Source of the DNA: Fimicolochytrium jonesii
Taxonomy: Eukaryota
Length of the DNA stretch: 64,000 bases
Assembly: GCF_025526975.1 (NCBI RefSeq)
Contig: NW_026515671.1
Coordinates: forward strand, 1,488,001 to 1,552,000
Reading direction: 5' to 3'
The position numbers were made by a program, and so were the translations under genes. Positions 49,231 through 59,760 of the stretch are shown here, one piece after another (within the stretch, counting starts at the first letter, position 1; each line of letters begins with the position of its first letter). Below the pieces are notes generated by a model. The model saw only the letters and a program-made list of their open reading frames with translations. It did not search any database and was not told the origin of the DNA.

Positions 49231-50119
49231 TCACCCAGCGGCGGCCGCAGTGGTGCCCAATCGTACTGGAGCGAGGATGAAGAGATGGGAAGGCACAATA
49301 ACGCTACCGTGCAGTGATGTGGACTGAATCGAAAACCTCACCGATAACGAGGAGACGGACAGTTAGGCCAGTTCTGATAGCGTGTTGCACCCTTGGAGCT
49401 ATGCGAACAGTGACGCCGTGCCTGCGGGTCAGCTGTAGGAAGCGAGGAAGAGGGCAGAGGGAGGAGGAGGCACGACGGTGATGAGTTATGATTGCTTCTT
49501 TGTGGAAAGTGACCTTCGCAATCATTGGCAATTACTATATCCACACCAAAAGACTGTCGTTTGCCGGAAGCTACAACGCTATTGGAAAAGCGATCGTTCT
49601 GCGTTGATAATCGACGACCGCCGTGAATGGAACCATAACTTAGAAGCTGACGACGACTGAACGGAGAGAGTCTGGGGTGGAAGTTAGCGCGAGCCACCAC
49701 GAACACCTCGACGCAATGATCCAACATCCCTGCATCCGTCGAATACACATCCTTCAGAGCAACCGGCTCGCGATGGAAGACACCCGGGAAGGACCAGTAT
49801 GAGGCGTAAGCGGTAACGCTGATTATAGCAGAAGGATAGGTGTTGTAGGAATGCTTGATCCTATAGTAGCATAATGGCTGGTATGAGGCTGTATATTCGA
49901 AATACAACGTGGCTAGCTGAGATACTGGGTCTCCGGATTGAAATTGCTCATCTAGAGGGTAACCACATCAACAGATACACCATCCTGATGGACTTGAACA
50001 ATACCCGACTCGAACAGCCGTACCAGAAGAAACTTCAAAAAACTTTAAGAAGGGGTGGAAAACATCATTTCCGTTGGAGTATATACAGTGGGTGTCATTT
50101 ACATAACGCCCCCTAAAAT

Positions 50120-50954
50120 CTACGCCTGGGAGAAGTACTCTTTCGACGCGTTGGGGTCAGTCTTGATGGTTGCCCCTCCCTTCTTCCAGTTGGCGGGGCA
50201 AACCTCGCCGTGTTCGGCATGGAACCTCAATGCCTCGATCAATCGGATGTACTCGTCGACATTCCGGCCAATCGGCAGATCGTTTACGTGGGCAATGCGA
50301 AGGCTCTGCTCTGGGTCAATGATGAAGGTACCGCGGAGTGCGACACCAGCATCGTCGCCGTCGCTTATCAGTACGCCGTAGTCGCTCGAAACCTTCTTTG
50401 TGACATCCGCCAAGATGGGAATCTTCATCTCGCCAAGACCGCCCTGCTTTCGCGGTTGGTTGGTCCATGCAAGGTGGGAGAAGACGGTGTCTAGTAGCGC
50501 GAGCAGAGCAAAAAGAATCAGCCTCTCGCCACATGCCATTGCGAGATCATTGCTGATTGATAAACCCACCGGTTGATGCGGCGATGACCTCGGTGTTGAG
50601 CTTCCGGAACTCTTCGATCTTATCGCTGAATGCGATGATCTCCGTTGGGCACACGAATGTGACTGTCATAAGCGAAAGTGTGTCATTTTTCCATCGGATC
50701 TAGATCCCACGTCCCACAACACATCTCGTCCCACAACACATCTCGCAAATCAACTCACAGTCCATGGGGTAGAAGAACAACACGACATATTTGCCCTTGT
50801 AGTCGTCCAACGAAACCTTCTTGAACTGACCGTCGACAAGAGCCTGGGTGTTGAACACCGGTGCCTTCTTTCCAATGATGGGAGCTGGACGGAGGGACCT
50901 TTAGATATTCGTTGATCTCGACCTGCGGCACCTCGAGTCAATTAACTTACCCAT
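50120..50954 (-). CDS. Typical 2-Cys peroxiredoxin (Tsa1/Prx1 type), four exons
   Basis: [45 protein letters not shown] and [12 protein letters not shown]-like sequence near 51046-51053. Confidence 0.96.
50710..50745. repeat. 17-bp tandem duplication inside a peroxiredoxin intron
   Basis: gtcccacaacacatctc occurs twice in tandem. Confidence 0.85.
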
Positions 50955-52410
50955 TATGTTGTTTGTAGTGGAGAGATTAGAAGTGGGTAAGGTGTCGAGA
51001 TAGTAGCGATGTGGGACGGCGAGGCCAACGCCAGCCCCTCTGCCCTTTTATATCTTTCCAGGCTTCCATGGGATTCGCTTGTCTTTCTCAGCGACGGGAG
51101 GTTGCTTGCCGGGGGGGTCGATTTTCCGATGAGGAGCCCCTCCGGCTCCGCTCAACGCCTTCAAATTCAAATTCCACGGGTTGCTGTCATATCGAGATCA
51201 AAGGCTCCGGTCGAAGGTCGGGAACAAACTTGCCAGAGACTCCGCTCGGAAAGCCACGCGAACCGGAAGCCGGGTACACTACGTACCGCACAGCTACGTA
51301 ACGGCTTGTGAGCGAGTGAGATTACCAACGCACTCGAAACCTGTCAAAGCACGTCAATTTTCGCGCCTGGAATGTTTTTGAGACGATTTTCCCGAAGGTG
51401 CCACTGCAAACTCCCCGACTCCGACGCAAACTCGTAAAGTTTACACCCCTTCCGATCCATGCGCCTTCCGCAGCCTACTGCCATGTTCCTACAGCCTCAA
51501 ATCTCAATGCTCCACAAGCTTCAAGTTTCAGGCTTCGGTAGCGTTGAACTCTGGACAACGGGGCTGCCTCCTCCCCAACACTCGGCCGATTGGGTACATC
51601 GACAATGCCGCCGCGGTCTACGGCCGATCAACACTCGGATCGCCACAAAGAATCAGCGCTCTGACGACTGCCAAGCTTGCTTCATTCCAACCACAGGATG
51701 CTCCAAACCTCTGAGCCGTCCCGAAAAATCGGCCACCCGTTGACGGAGTTTGCACACCCAGAACCCCCTTACACCGAATCAACAGAGTGCGTGCTCAGAC
51801 CTCGGGGCGTCACAGCCGACACAGCCTCCACTCGGACAAAGCGATCAAAGCGGACGAAGCCCCGCTGCACGGTTCCACCACTCACGCTTGAACTGGCTGG
51901 ACAGAAGACTTGAACTGGCTGGAGACAGGCTGTTCAGACAGGATGATTGTTGATAGTATATTACAAGGTATGTCTTTATGCCCGTCGACCGTTCCTGGGG
52001 AGGCGCACCGCGTTTGTTCCTTCCACCTCAATGCTGCATCAGAAGAGCAATGCGCATTTGTTTGAATGCCTTTCGGGCTCGCTCCGTTGCCTTTCGACTC
52101 GATCTCGTACCACCGGCCCGTGCTCGCTCCGTTACCTCACGTGCAGCCGTTGTTCCCGTCTCGATCTCCCTCCACCTCAAAAATAGCTCTACTGAAAAAC
52201 CTTTAAGAATGACCTGCGCCGGCGGCATCGAGGCCTGTAGCGTGTGTACTAGAGCATGAACGAAGAGGAGGGGTTGGCCGCTTCCGCGAGAATTCTGTCG
52301 GCGGCGTTGCCCAGGGTGGCACTTATCTTGCCGGCTGACCTTTGCAGGCTTCCGACACGGTCATTGGGTGTCAGAAGCCTGCGAACGTTAGCCCGACCTC
52401 AAAGATCTTC

Positions 52411-53042
52411 TCAATGGAGGTCTCCCTCCTTCATTCTCTCCGTCTCATGGTCTTCAGGAAGTCCGTGACGCTTGTCGAAGGATTGCTCCTCTTCTTTTCC
52501 CTTTCCTTGTTTTTGTTTGCTTTCTCCGCAACCTTCAGTATGTAGCGGACAAGGCGTGCGTTCATACCCTCGCGGTCTTGGGAGGTCTTGGAGCGGTTTC
52601 TGTCGTCGCGCCCAGCAAGTCCCGCTTCTCTCGCAACGCCGTGTCTCCATCATCCACGCTCTCCCCGTTGTCTCCATCATCCTCGCCGTTGCCATCGTCA
52701 TCGGAATCCCCGTTGTCGCTGTCCTCCTCCTTACCTCGTCGCTTTCATCGTCCTCCGCATCCTCGGCATTCCCCGCGCCTTCCCGTCGTCCACGGATACG
52801 CGCTCCGGGCGGACTCGCTTGGCTCGCGGTTGAGCGATCGGTCGAGGTGGGTCTGCCTCCTCGCGGTCGACCGCGGACACCTCCATTGATGGGAACCGGA
52901 TCGGTGCATACCGTGGTCGTTCTGGCGGGTGGGGCTCACCTAGAGGCGTGCGCGCGGGAGTCGGGGGAGCAGGGGTTGGGACAGTTGGAGTTGGTTCCGG
53001 GTGAGGGCCCACACACCCACGGATCCGTGCAATATCTTCCAT
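52411..53042 (-). pseudogene. Disrupted Pro-rich/acidic coding-like segment
   Basis: ATG at 53042 (MEDIARIRG..PTPTVPTPAPPTP), then acidic EEDSDNGDSDDDG and KE-rich blocks in other frames. Confidence 0.3.
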
Positions 53043-53160
53043 CTTGACCGCATTTCGCTTGTGCATCCAAACTTTCTCAATTTGATCGATCCTCCTAGCT
53101 TCTCTGAACAACGACCCGCGCAAGAGGTCGAACGGCTGCTTGGATCAAAACGACGTCAGG

Positions 53161-53197
53161 TTCAGGGTTAGGGTAGGGTTGGGGTTAGAGGGTTAGG
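53161..53197 (+). repeat. Degenerate TTAGGG cluster
   Basis: ttcagggttagggtagggttggggttagagggttagg. Confidence 0.7.
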
Positions 53198-53889
53198 ACG
53201 TCCTTTCCGTGGGTGAAAAGCCAACGCGTCACAGACTCACAGGAAGCCATCCGTCTCGTCCGGGGGGCAAGTGGAGGCAGTGTGGCTCTCGTCCTTTCGC
53301 ACAGCAGCAGTCGGCAGGATTCTGCTTGGTAGATCGCCGTCCCACTTCAGATACAGTTAGCACACAACAGCTGTGCCTTCAGTACTTCCGCTCAAGGACC
53401 CAGCAACGTGGTGCTGTTCGCCACCGCCTTCAGCACTGTTCCGGCTCGGGGGTCGACGACACCACTTCGAAACGCGAGGCCGCCTGAGCATTTTCATTGA
53501 CCGAGGTGGTTTCCTCTCGACAACTGTTACCCGTTCCCATAGCGGAACCTCATTCCTCAAAGTTCGGAAAGGTGCCAGCCAGAAGCATTCCACCCTTCTC
53601 CTCCAAAGTACATGTTGAGCCGGCTCCAAACGACATTTTCCCTTTTGTCGCTCAGTTTTTGCCCGTCACCCCGAAACAGCTTCGCCGCTCCTGGCGTCGT
53701 GGGAAAAAGGTTCTCAACAAGCTTAGCAGGATCGTAGCGCCTCGGCTGATACGCAGCGTACTGCCCATCTCCTGCGGTGGAATTCGCTCCCACTCTTCCA
53801 AGTTTTCCTACAACAAAGTGTCCAACAACAGGACGGCGTCGTCACCGGACCTCAGTTCTCACCCGTCGAAAGCGACCCCGCTCAGACTC

Positions 53890-56015
53890 ATGGGGGACTC
53901 CAATGTCACCATTACCCCAGAGCTCCTCGGCAACATCGAAGACGATGATCCTCATTGGGAAGAGGAGCTCGATGGAGACTCTGACGTCAAAAGGGACCTC
54001 TCTTTCCCGGCGATGATTTTATTGACGATATGTCTGACGGGAGTGCAAATCACATGTAAGAGGCGGGTTAGGTGAAGAGAGAAGATAGAAATCCCCGATC
54101 GATTGTCAGATGCTGACATCAGTCATCAAAGGGACCGTTGAGTTGGCGTACGGAAATCCGTACCTCCAGCAGCTCAACTTGCCCCATGCATTGTCAGCTT
54201 TGGTGTGGTTGGCAGGCCCACTATCCGGTCTCCTGATTCAGCCGATCGTTGGCGTGTACAGCGACAAGTGCAGCTTCCGTATCGGTAGGCGGAGACCTTT
54301 CATGTTAGGTATGCAGTGCAGATTCGCTATTCGGCAATGTTTTAGGAACCAGGTCACTGATGTGTTGAAACTCCAGTTGGTGGCCTGATTGTGCTTGCGT
54401 CGATCGCCATGATTGCGTATGCGCCGGAGATAGCGCAACTCTTCACAGGGTCGAAGGATGCGAAACGAGTATGCGTCAATGCTGCAATCTTTCTACAGAA
54501 CAGGAACCGTGCTCACATCCGTCTACTTTAAGAACGAAGTGTTGACAATCATGTCAGCAGTTTTGGGATTCTACTGCCTGGACTTCTCAATCAACGCTGT
54601 TCAAGCATCATGTCGCTCTCTGATCGTTGACGTAGCGCCCATACATCAACAAGAGACGGCGAACGCCTGGGGCGGGCGAATGATAGGAATCGGAAACGTA
54701 GTGGGATACTTTCTTGGTTTTTTGGATCTCCCCCGGTTCTTCCCGTTTTTCGGACACGGTCAGATGAGAGTTTTCTGCTGGCTTGCGAGTATATGGTTCG
54801 CGCTGTCGCTTGGAGCCACGTGTTTGGCTGTCCAGGAGAAGCGCTATGTCCCGAAACGAGCGGAGAAGCTGAGGGCTTGGTATGAGCCTTTGCTGGACAT
54901 AGGCAAAGCGATGAGGGGTATGCCCGAGACTATACAGCGCATCTGCTTGGTGCAGTTTTTCGGGTGGATGGGCTTCTTCCCGTTCCTTTTCTACAGGTAA
55001 CTGTGTCCTGGAAACTCAGGATGTATTCCATCCAGTTGACCTATACTAATGGAACTTGCATCTCAGCACAACATGGGTCGGACAGAAAGCCATCGGCATG
55101 CATAAGGGTATAGGAGATCGTGGAAGAGACAGCGACGAAGCGACACGAGCAGGCTCCTTTGCCATGTTGATGTACTCCCTCATCTCCCTCGCGACCGGCT
55201 TCCTTCTCCCGATGATCACGGTCCGCCGTGACGAAGACGACGGACGCTGGGTGGACTCGCACCTGCATCCCGTCCTCCAAAAGCTGAAAGCACTGCACTA
55301 CAAATACCTCCGCCTCCCCGTCGTCTGGGCGTTTGCGTTCTGGTTCTTTGTGGCCCTCATGTTCTCCACACTCTTCATCAACTCGGTGCTCGCCGCCACC
55401 ATCGTCATCGCCTCCGTCGGCGTGTCGTGGGGAATCATGCAGTGGGTCCCCTTCACGCTACTCGGAGAATGCATCAACTATTACAACGACAACCGCACCC
55501 TCCCCCGCGAAAACCCGAGCAGCGCCCAGGGCTCCTCCGCAAATCTCATCAGCGGGTACGGCAGCCTACCCCGCATCGACGACGACGACGACGATGACGA
55601 CGATGACCATATACCCCCGTACATCGGCGCAAGCACACAAGGCATCGCCCCATCCCCCCGCGCCTCATCGCCAACCCCAACCACAAACTCCACCGAATCG
55701 CTCGAAGCAGGCATGGTCCTTGGCATTCACAACATCTACATCGTCATCCCGCAGTTCTTCTCGACATTCATGTGCAGCGTCGTGTTTACCGTCTTCCATC
55801 TCATCGAGAAAAGAAACGCGCCGGGGGATAAGGCGGGGGATAAGGCGGTGGATGTGCTCGGCGACTTGCAGCCGGATCCGTATGACTCTGTAGGGTGGGT
55901 GTTGAGGATTGGCGCGGCGTCGGGGATCATTGCTGGATTCGTCGCGCTGAGAGTCAAGGAGGTGCCGCGGATTTCGGGGATGGGAAACTCGGGGGTGTTT
56001 GCTGCTGGGCATTGA
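53890..56015 (+). CDS. Sucrose/alpha-glucoside transporter (Sut1/SLC45-like MFS), multi-exon
   Basis: VWLAGPLSGLLIQPIVGVYSD, GRRRPF, DFSINAVQASCRSLIVD, WMGFFPFLFY and GMVLGIHNIYIVIPQF. Confidence 0.92.
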
Positions 56016-56194
56016 GGGCGGATTCGGAGATGGATCTGTTGGACGGGATTCCAGTTGACGTCTCAGATTTCCTGCTGTGCCATCGGATCTTGCTTTCTGA
56101 AAAGGCTTCATAATGTAATGTTGCAAATCATATTCTTGAAAGTCGGCGTTGGCGACAAATGTAAAGTAATCCAAAGATATGTTACAATATGCAG

Positions 56195-57492
56195 CAAGGC
56201 CGAAATGCGGGAAGAAGTCAAGCAGCTGTATTTTGAGCACCACATCGCCGAACTACGGGAGGCTCCAAACATCGTCAGCATTGATCCGGGCAAGCGTGAC
56301 CTCTTGTTCTGTCGAGACATCAAGAAGGAGCGGCCATTTCGGTTCGTTTCAGTTGATTACTACTGCCCCGCTGTCCCCGCTGTCCCCGCTATCCCCGCTG
56401 TCCCCGCTGTCCCCGCTATCCCCGCTGTCCCCGCTGTCCCCGCTATCCCCGTTGTCGCCGCTGTCGCCGCCTCCGCCATCCCCGCCATCCCCATCAACGC
56501 CCTCCTCAACCCTGTCCCCGTCCCCGTCCCCACCATCCCCCCCATCACCATCCCCCCCGTCACCATCCCCACCATCCCCGTTGCGGCGACATTCCGCTGC
56601 AGCGTTCTCACAATGCACCACCACCCCGTATCAGATACACATCCAATCAACGGGCGGTCGAGACAAAGTCTCGGTACTTTCAAAGAGATATGACAGAGCT
56701 TCAATGCCGGCATCGCTGAGATGGAGTCACATATTCCGTCGCACAAGAGCATGAACATCGAGGCGTTCTCAGCGTTCATCGTGGATTACGAACATGCGGG
56801 TATGATGTTCTACTTCAACTTTGATTTTCAAATTTGGTAATACATAGGCTGACATCCATATCCCAGATCCCGCCGTGGATGAGTTTTACCAGGATGAGAT
56901 TCACGTCACTCGCAGATTCAAGGCGTTCTCACTGCGGCAAAAGTCTGAGAGCAAGCTCATCAAGAACATGCGACGCCTGTATGGAAAGCATTTTTCAGTC
57001 ATCTTGGGTGATTGGAGCGACGCTGGAAAAACCATGCGCTTTCACGAGTCATCAAAGACCAAAGGGTGAGTGACTAGACTATCATTGGTAGTACCTACTA
57101 TGTATTATAATATGCTAACTCATCATGGAAATCAGATTCCGCACACTCTTTGCAAGAAACAGCATTCCATGCTACTTGCTAGATGAGTATCGAACGTCTT
57201 CCGTGTGCCCAGACTGCCACGGGCGTGTGAAGAAAAACATCCGACACCGGCTGTCGTCTCGGCCGTGGCGAGCTAGAAAGGGAAGAATGGAATTCGTCCA
57301 TGGATTGGTGGGTTGCCCAACCCCGAATGTATCAACCAAGACTGGACGCCATTTGAGATTCCTGGGAGACAACCACTACGGATGAAAGTGCACAATCGGG
57401 ACGTCCTAAGCACCAAGAATTACCTCTCGATTGTGCGCTCGGTGGTGTTTGGCAATGGCCGCAGACCAGACGCATTCTCCCGTAACCGGTAG
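56195..57492 (+). mobile_element. Fanzor1 (eukaryotic TnpB-derived RuvC nuclease) pseudogene, 5'-truncated, three introns
   Basis: VSIDPGKRDLLFC (RuvC-I), FRYTSNQR..ETK, VILGDWS, LLDEYRTSSVCPDC (RuvC-II plus Zn finger), VHGLVGC..PEC, HNRDV (RuvC-III) and RPDAFSR*. Two frameshifts and one in-frame TGA. Confidence 0.88.
56365..56581. repeat. 9-nt-unit minisatellite (CCCGCTGTC/CCCGCTATC) decaying into C-rich repeats
   Basis: Tandem repeat seen directly, inside Fanzor intron 56342-56634. Confidence 0.9.
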
Positions 57493-57692
57493 TCTAGATT
57501 TCACCCCATCCCATTTTCCGCGGTGGTTATCTGCCATCCACATCATTGTACCTCTGCCTGAGGCGTCGCCGATGATGGCAACTTGTATTAAATAAAGATA
57601 CGCTCGGATGAAATGCTAATGCTAATGAGGGGAAAGTAGAGTCTCAGCCGCTCTCAAGTACCAGACTTGATCGGTCGGATGTGGGGAAAGTC
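57493..57692 (+). ncRNA. Candidate Fanzor omegaRNA scaffold
   Basis: Lies directly 3' of the Fanzor stop. Hairpins TGCCATC..GATGGCA (57532-57580) and TCAAGT-accag-ACTTGA (57654-57670). Confidence 0.35.
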
Positions 57693-57790
57693 ATTATTGC
57701 TATATTACTCCTGTTGCGAGCGCCAGTTCGGTGCGAGATACGCTTAGTAACTTCTGAAAAGTATATATTCAGAGTGCGAAGTAGGCTGCT

Positions 57791-59760
57791 TTAGTGAGCA
57801 GCGACGTTCTTGACCTCGTACGCTGGCGCTGGGTCGATGTGCTCAGCGTTGATAGTCTTGTTGTCGGCATCAGCCTGCTGCTCCATGCCGATGTCAGGGA
57901 TGGGACCTACGAGACACAAAAACAGAGATACTGTGAGACACGACGCACTGGTAACATAGAACCAGCAAAGCCAACACTGGCAGAAAGACGTGAAGACCCA
58001 CCCTTGAACCACTTGCGGGCACCCAGCATCCACGTGCCTCCCGAGTACAAGAGCAGGAATCCAACCGCCACAGGGGTGTAGTTGAGGGTCTCGGCAGCAG
58101 CGGGGTAAGCCTGGGGGAAGTTGAACAGCACACAAGCGATGGCGGTCCAGATGACACCGATCCAGCCGAGCAGGTACGACCAGCGCCCCAGGTTGAACTC
58201 GGACTGGACAAAGTACTTGTCGCCGACAGTGATCCGCAGGAAGATGGGGATCGAGTAGGAGACCATGAATCCGATGACGGAGATACCGGCGACGGCCGTC
58301 AAGGCGGCCGCGGAGAACATGTATGGGATGGCGAGGATGATGACGAAGGTAGCGGAAAGGAAGACAAGGCGGATGGGCATTCCGGTCCTGGCGTCCAGTT
58401 TGGTCCAGAACTTGGACGCGGGGAGACCGTTGTCACGAGCAAAGGCGTAGAACATGCGGGAGTTGGCAGCCATGGTGCCGATTCCACAGCACCAGCCGGC
58501 AAACACGACGATGAAGAGCAAGACCATGCCGCCAGCGTCGCCCGCGTTACGGGTGAACACGTACGCTGCCGTAGGTGCCGCGTAGAATGAGGTCTCGGCC
58601 TGCGCAGTGGCGTAGTCTCCCAGGGCGAAGGTCATGGACAAGATCAAACCCCAACCCATGATGACGGCGGCGATGATGGTGTAGACGATTCCGCGGGGTC
58701 CGTTGACGTAGGAGGCCTCAGTCTCCTCGGACATGTGAGCGGAGGAGTCGTAGCCGAGAAGAGACCACTGAGAGGGAAGGAGACCAAGGAGGAAAACGAA
58801 GAAGGGGGCAAAGCCGTGCTGGGTGGCGCCGATTTGGTCTTCAAAATCGGTGAACACGAATGATGCAGAGTTCTAAGACGATGTGAGTGAGCACCCGGTT
58901 CGAGGAATCTGGCACACAAGTACTTTCGGCGAGCACAAACACTACATACCTTGTCCTTGCACGTGACCAACAAGACGATCACAATGATGAAAGTACCCAA
59001 AATGTGCACGTACACACTGGCGATACTCGTCGCTTTCAGACCGAGGCCTCCAATGACGTTAACCAACGCACCACTGATGACCATGGCGCAGAAGAGACCA
59101 AAGATCTCCTTCTCAACCAACACCCGTCCAGAGCCAATGCGAATCATCTCAGCCATCAACTGAGAGGCGGAGAGAACGGATCCGGAGGCGCCGGCGACCT
59201 GGCCGAGAGCGTTGAACCACGCCTCAAACCACGAGAAAAGGGGTCCCCACTTTGGCCCACCAAGCTTGGCGGTCCAGTAGTAAAGACCTCCAGCGGTGGG
59301 GTAGGTGGAGCAGATCTCGGCCATGGACAGACCGACACACATAACGAACGAGGACACCAACAACCATCCCCAGGTGAAGGTCACGGGTCCACCGACCGCC
59401 ATGGCTATCGAAAGAAAGAGGGGTCAGACTTCCGCTTGCCTCCCACTCCACACTTGAACGGCACAAAACACCTACCGAAGGAGAACAACGGCACGACACC
59501 GATAAGAACGGACGCATTGGTCAAAACGAAACCGAAGTTCTGGAAAGCCGAGAACTGGCGCTTCAAGCCTTGCTTGTAGCCAAGCTGGAAGGACCGAAGG
59601 TAAACGAAAGAAGTTAGCACCGACCACACTTTGGAGCCCCAGGGTCCTTCGACCGCTCACTGCAGAACACCAAGTCTCGTACCTTGGCCAGACGGATCTC
59701 ATCGTCGGTCATGTGGTGGCCACCGGCCTCGGAGACGACAACGTCTGCTGAGGAAGACAT
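57791..59760 (-). CDS. APC-family amino acid/GABA/polyamine permease (Uga4/Tpo5-like), multi-exon
   Basis: LGYKQGLKRQFS, GGPVTFTWGW, SMAEICSTYPTAGGLYYW, GYDSSAHMSEET and SRMFYAFARDNGLP. Confidence 0.93.

Noticed and set aside
56055..56779. PAV-, PLS-, DSG- and TAG-repeat ORFs, or a CRISPR-like array
   Set aside because: They are readings of an intronic minisatellite. Units are contiguous, with no unique spacers.
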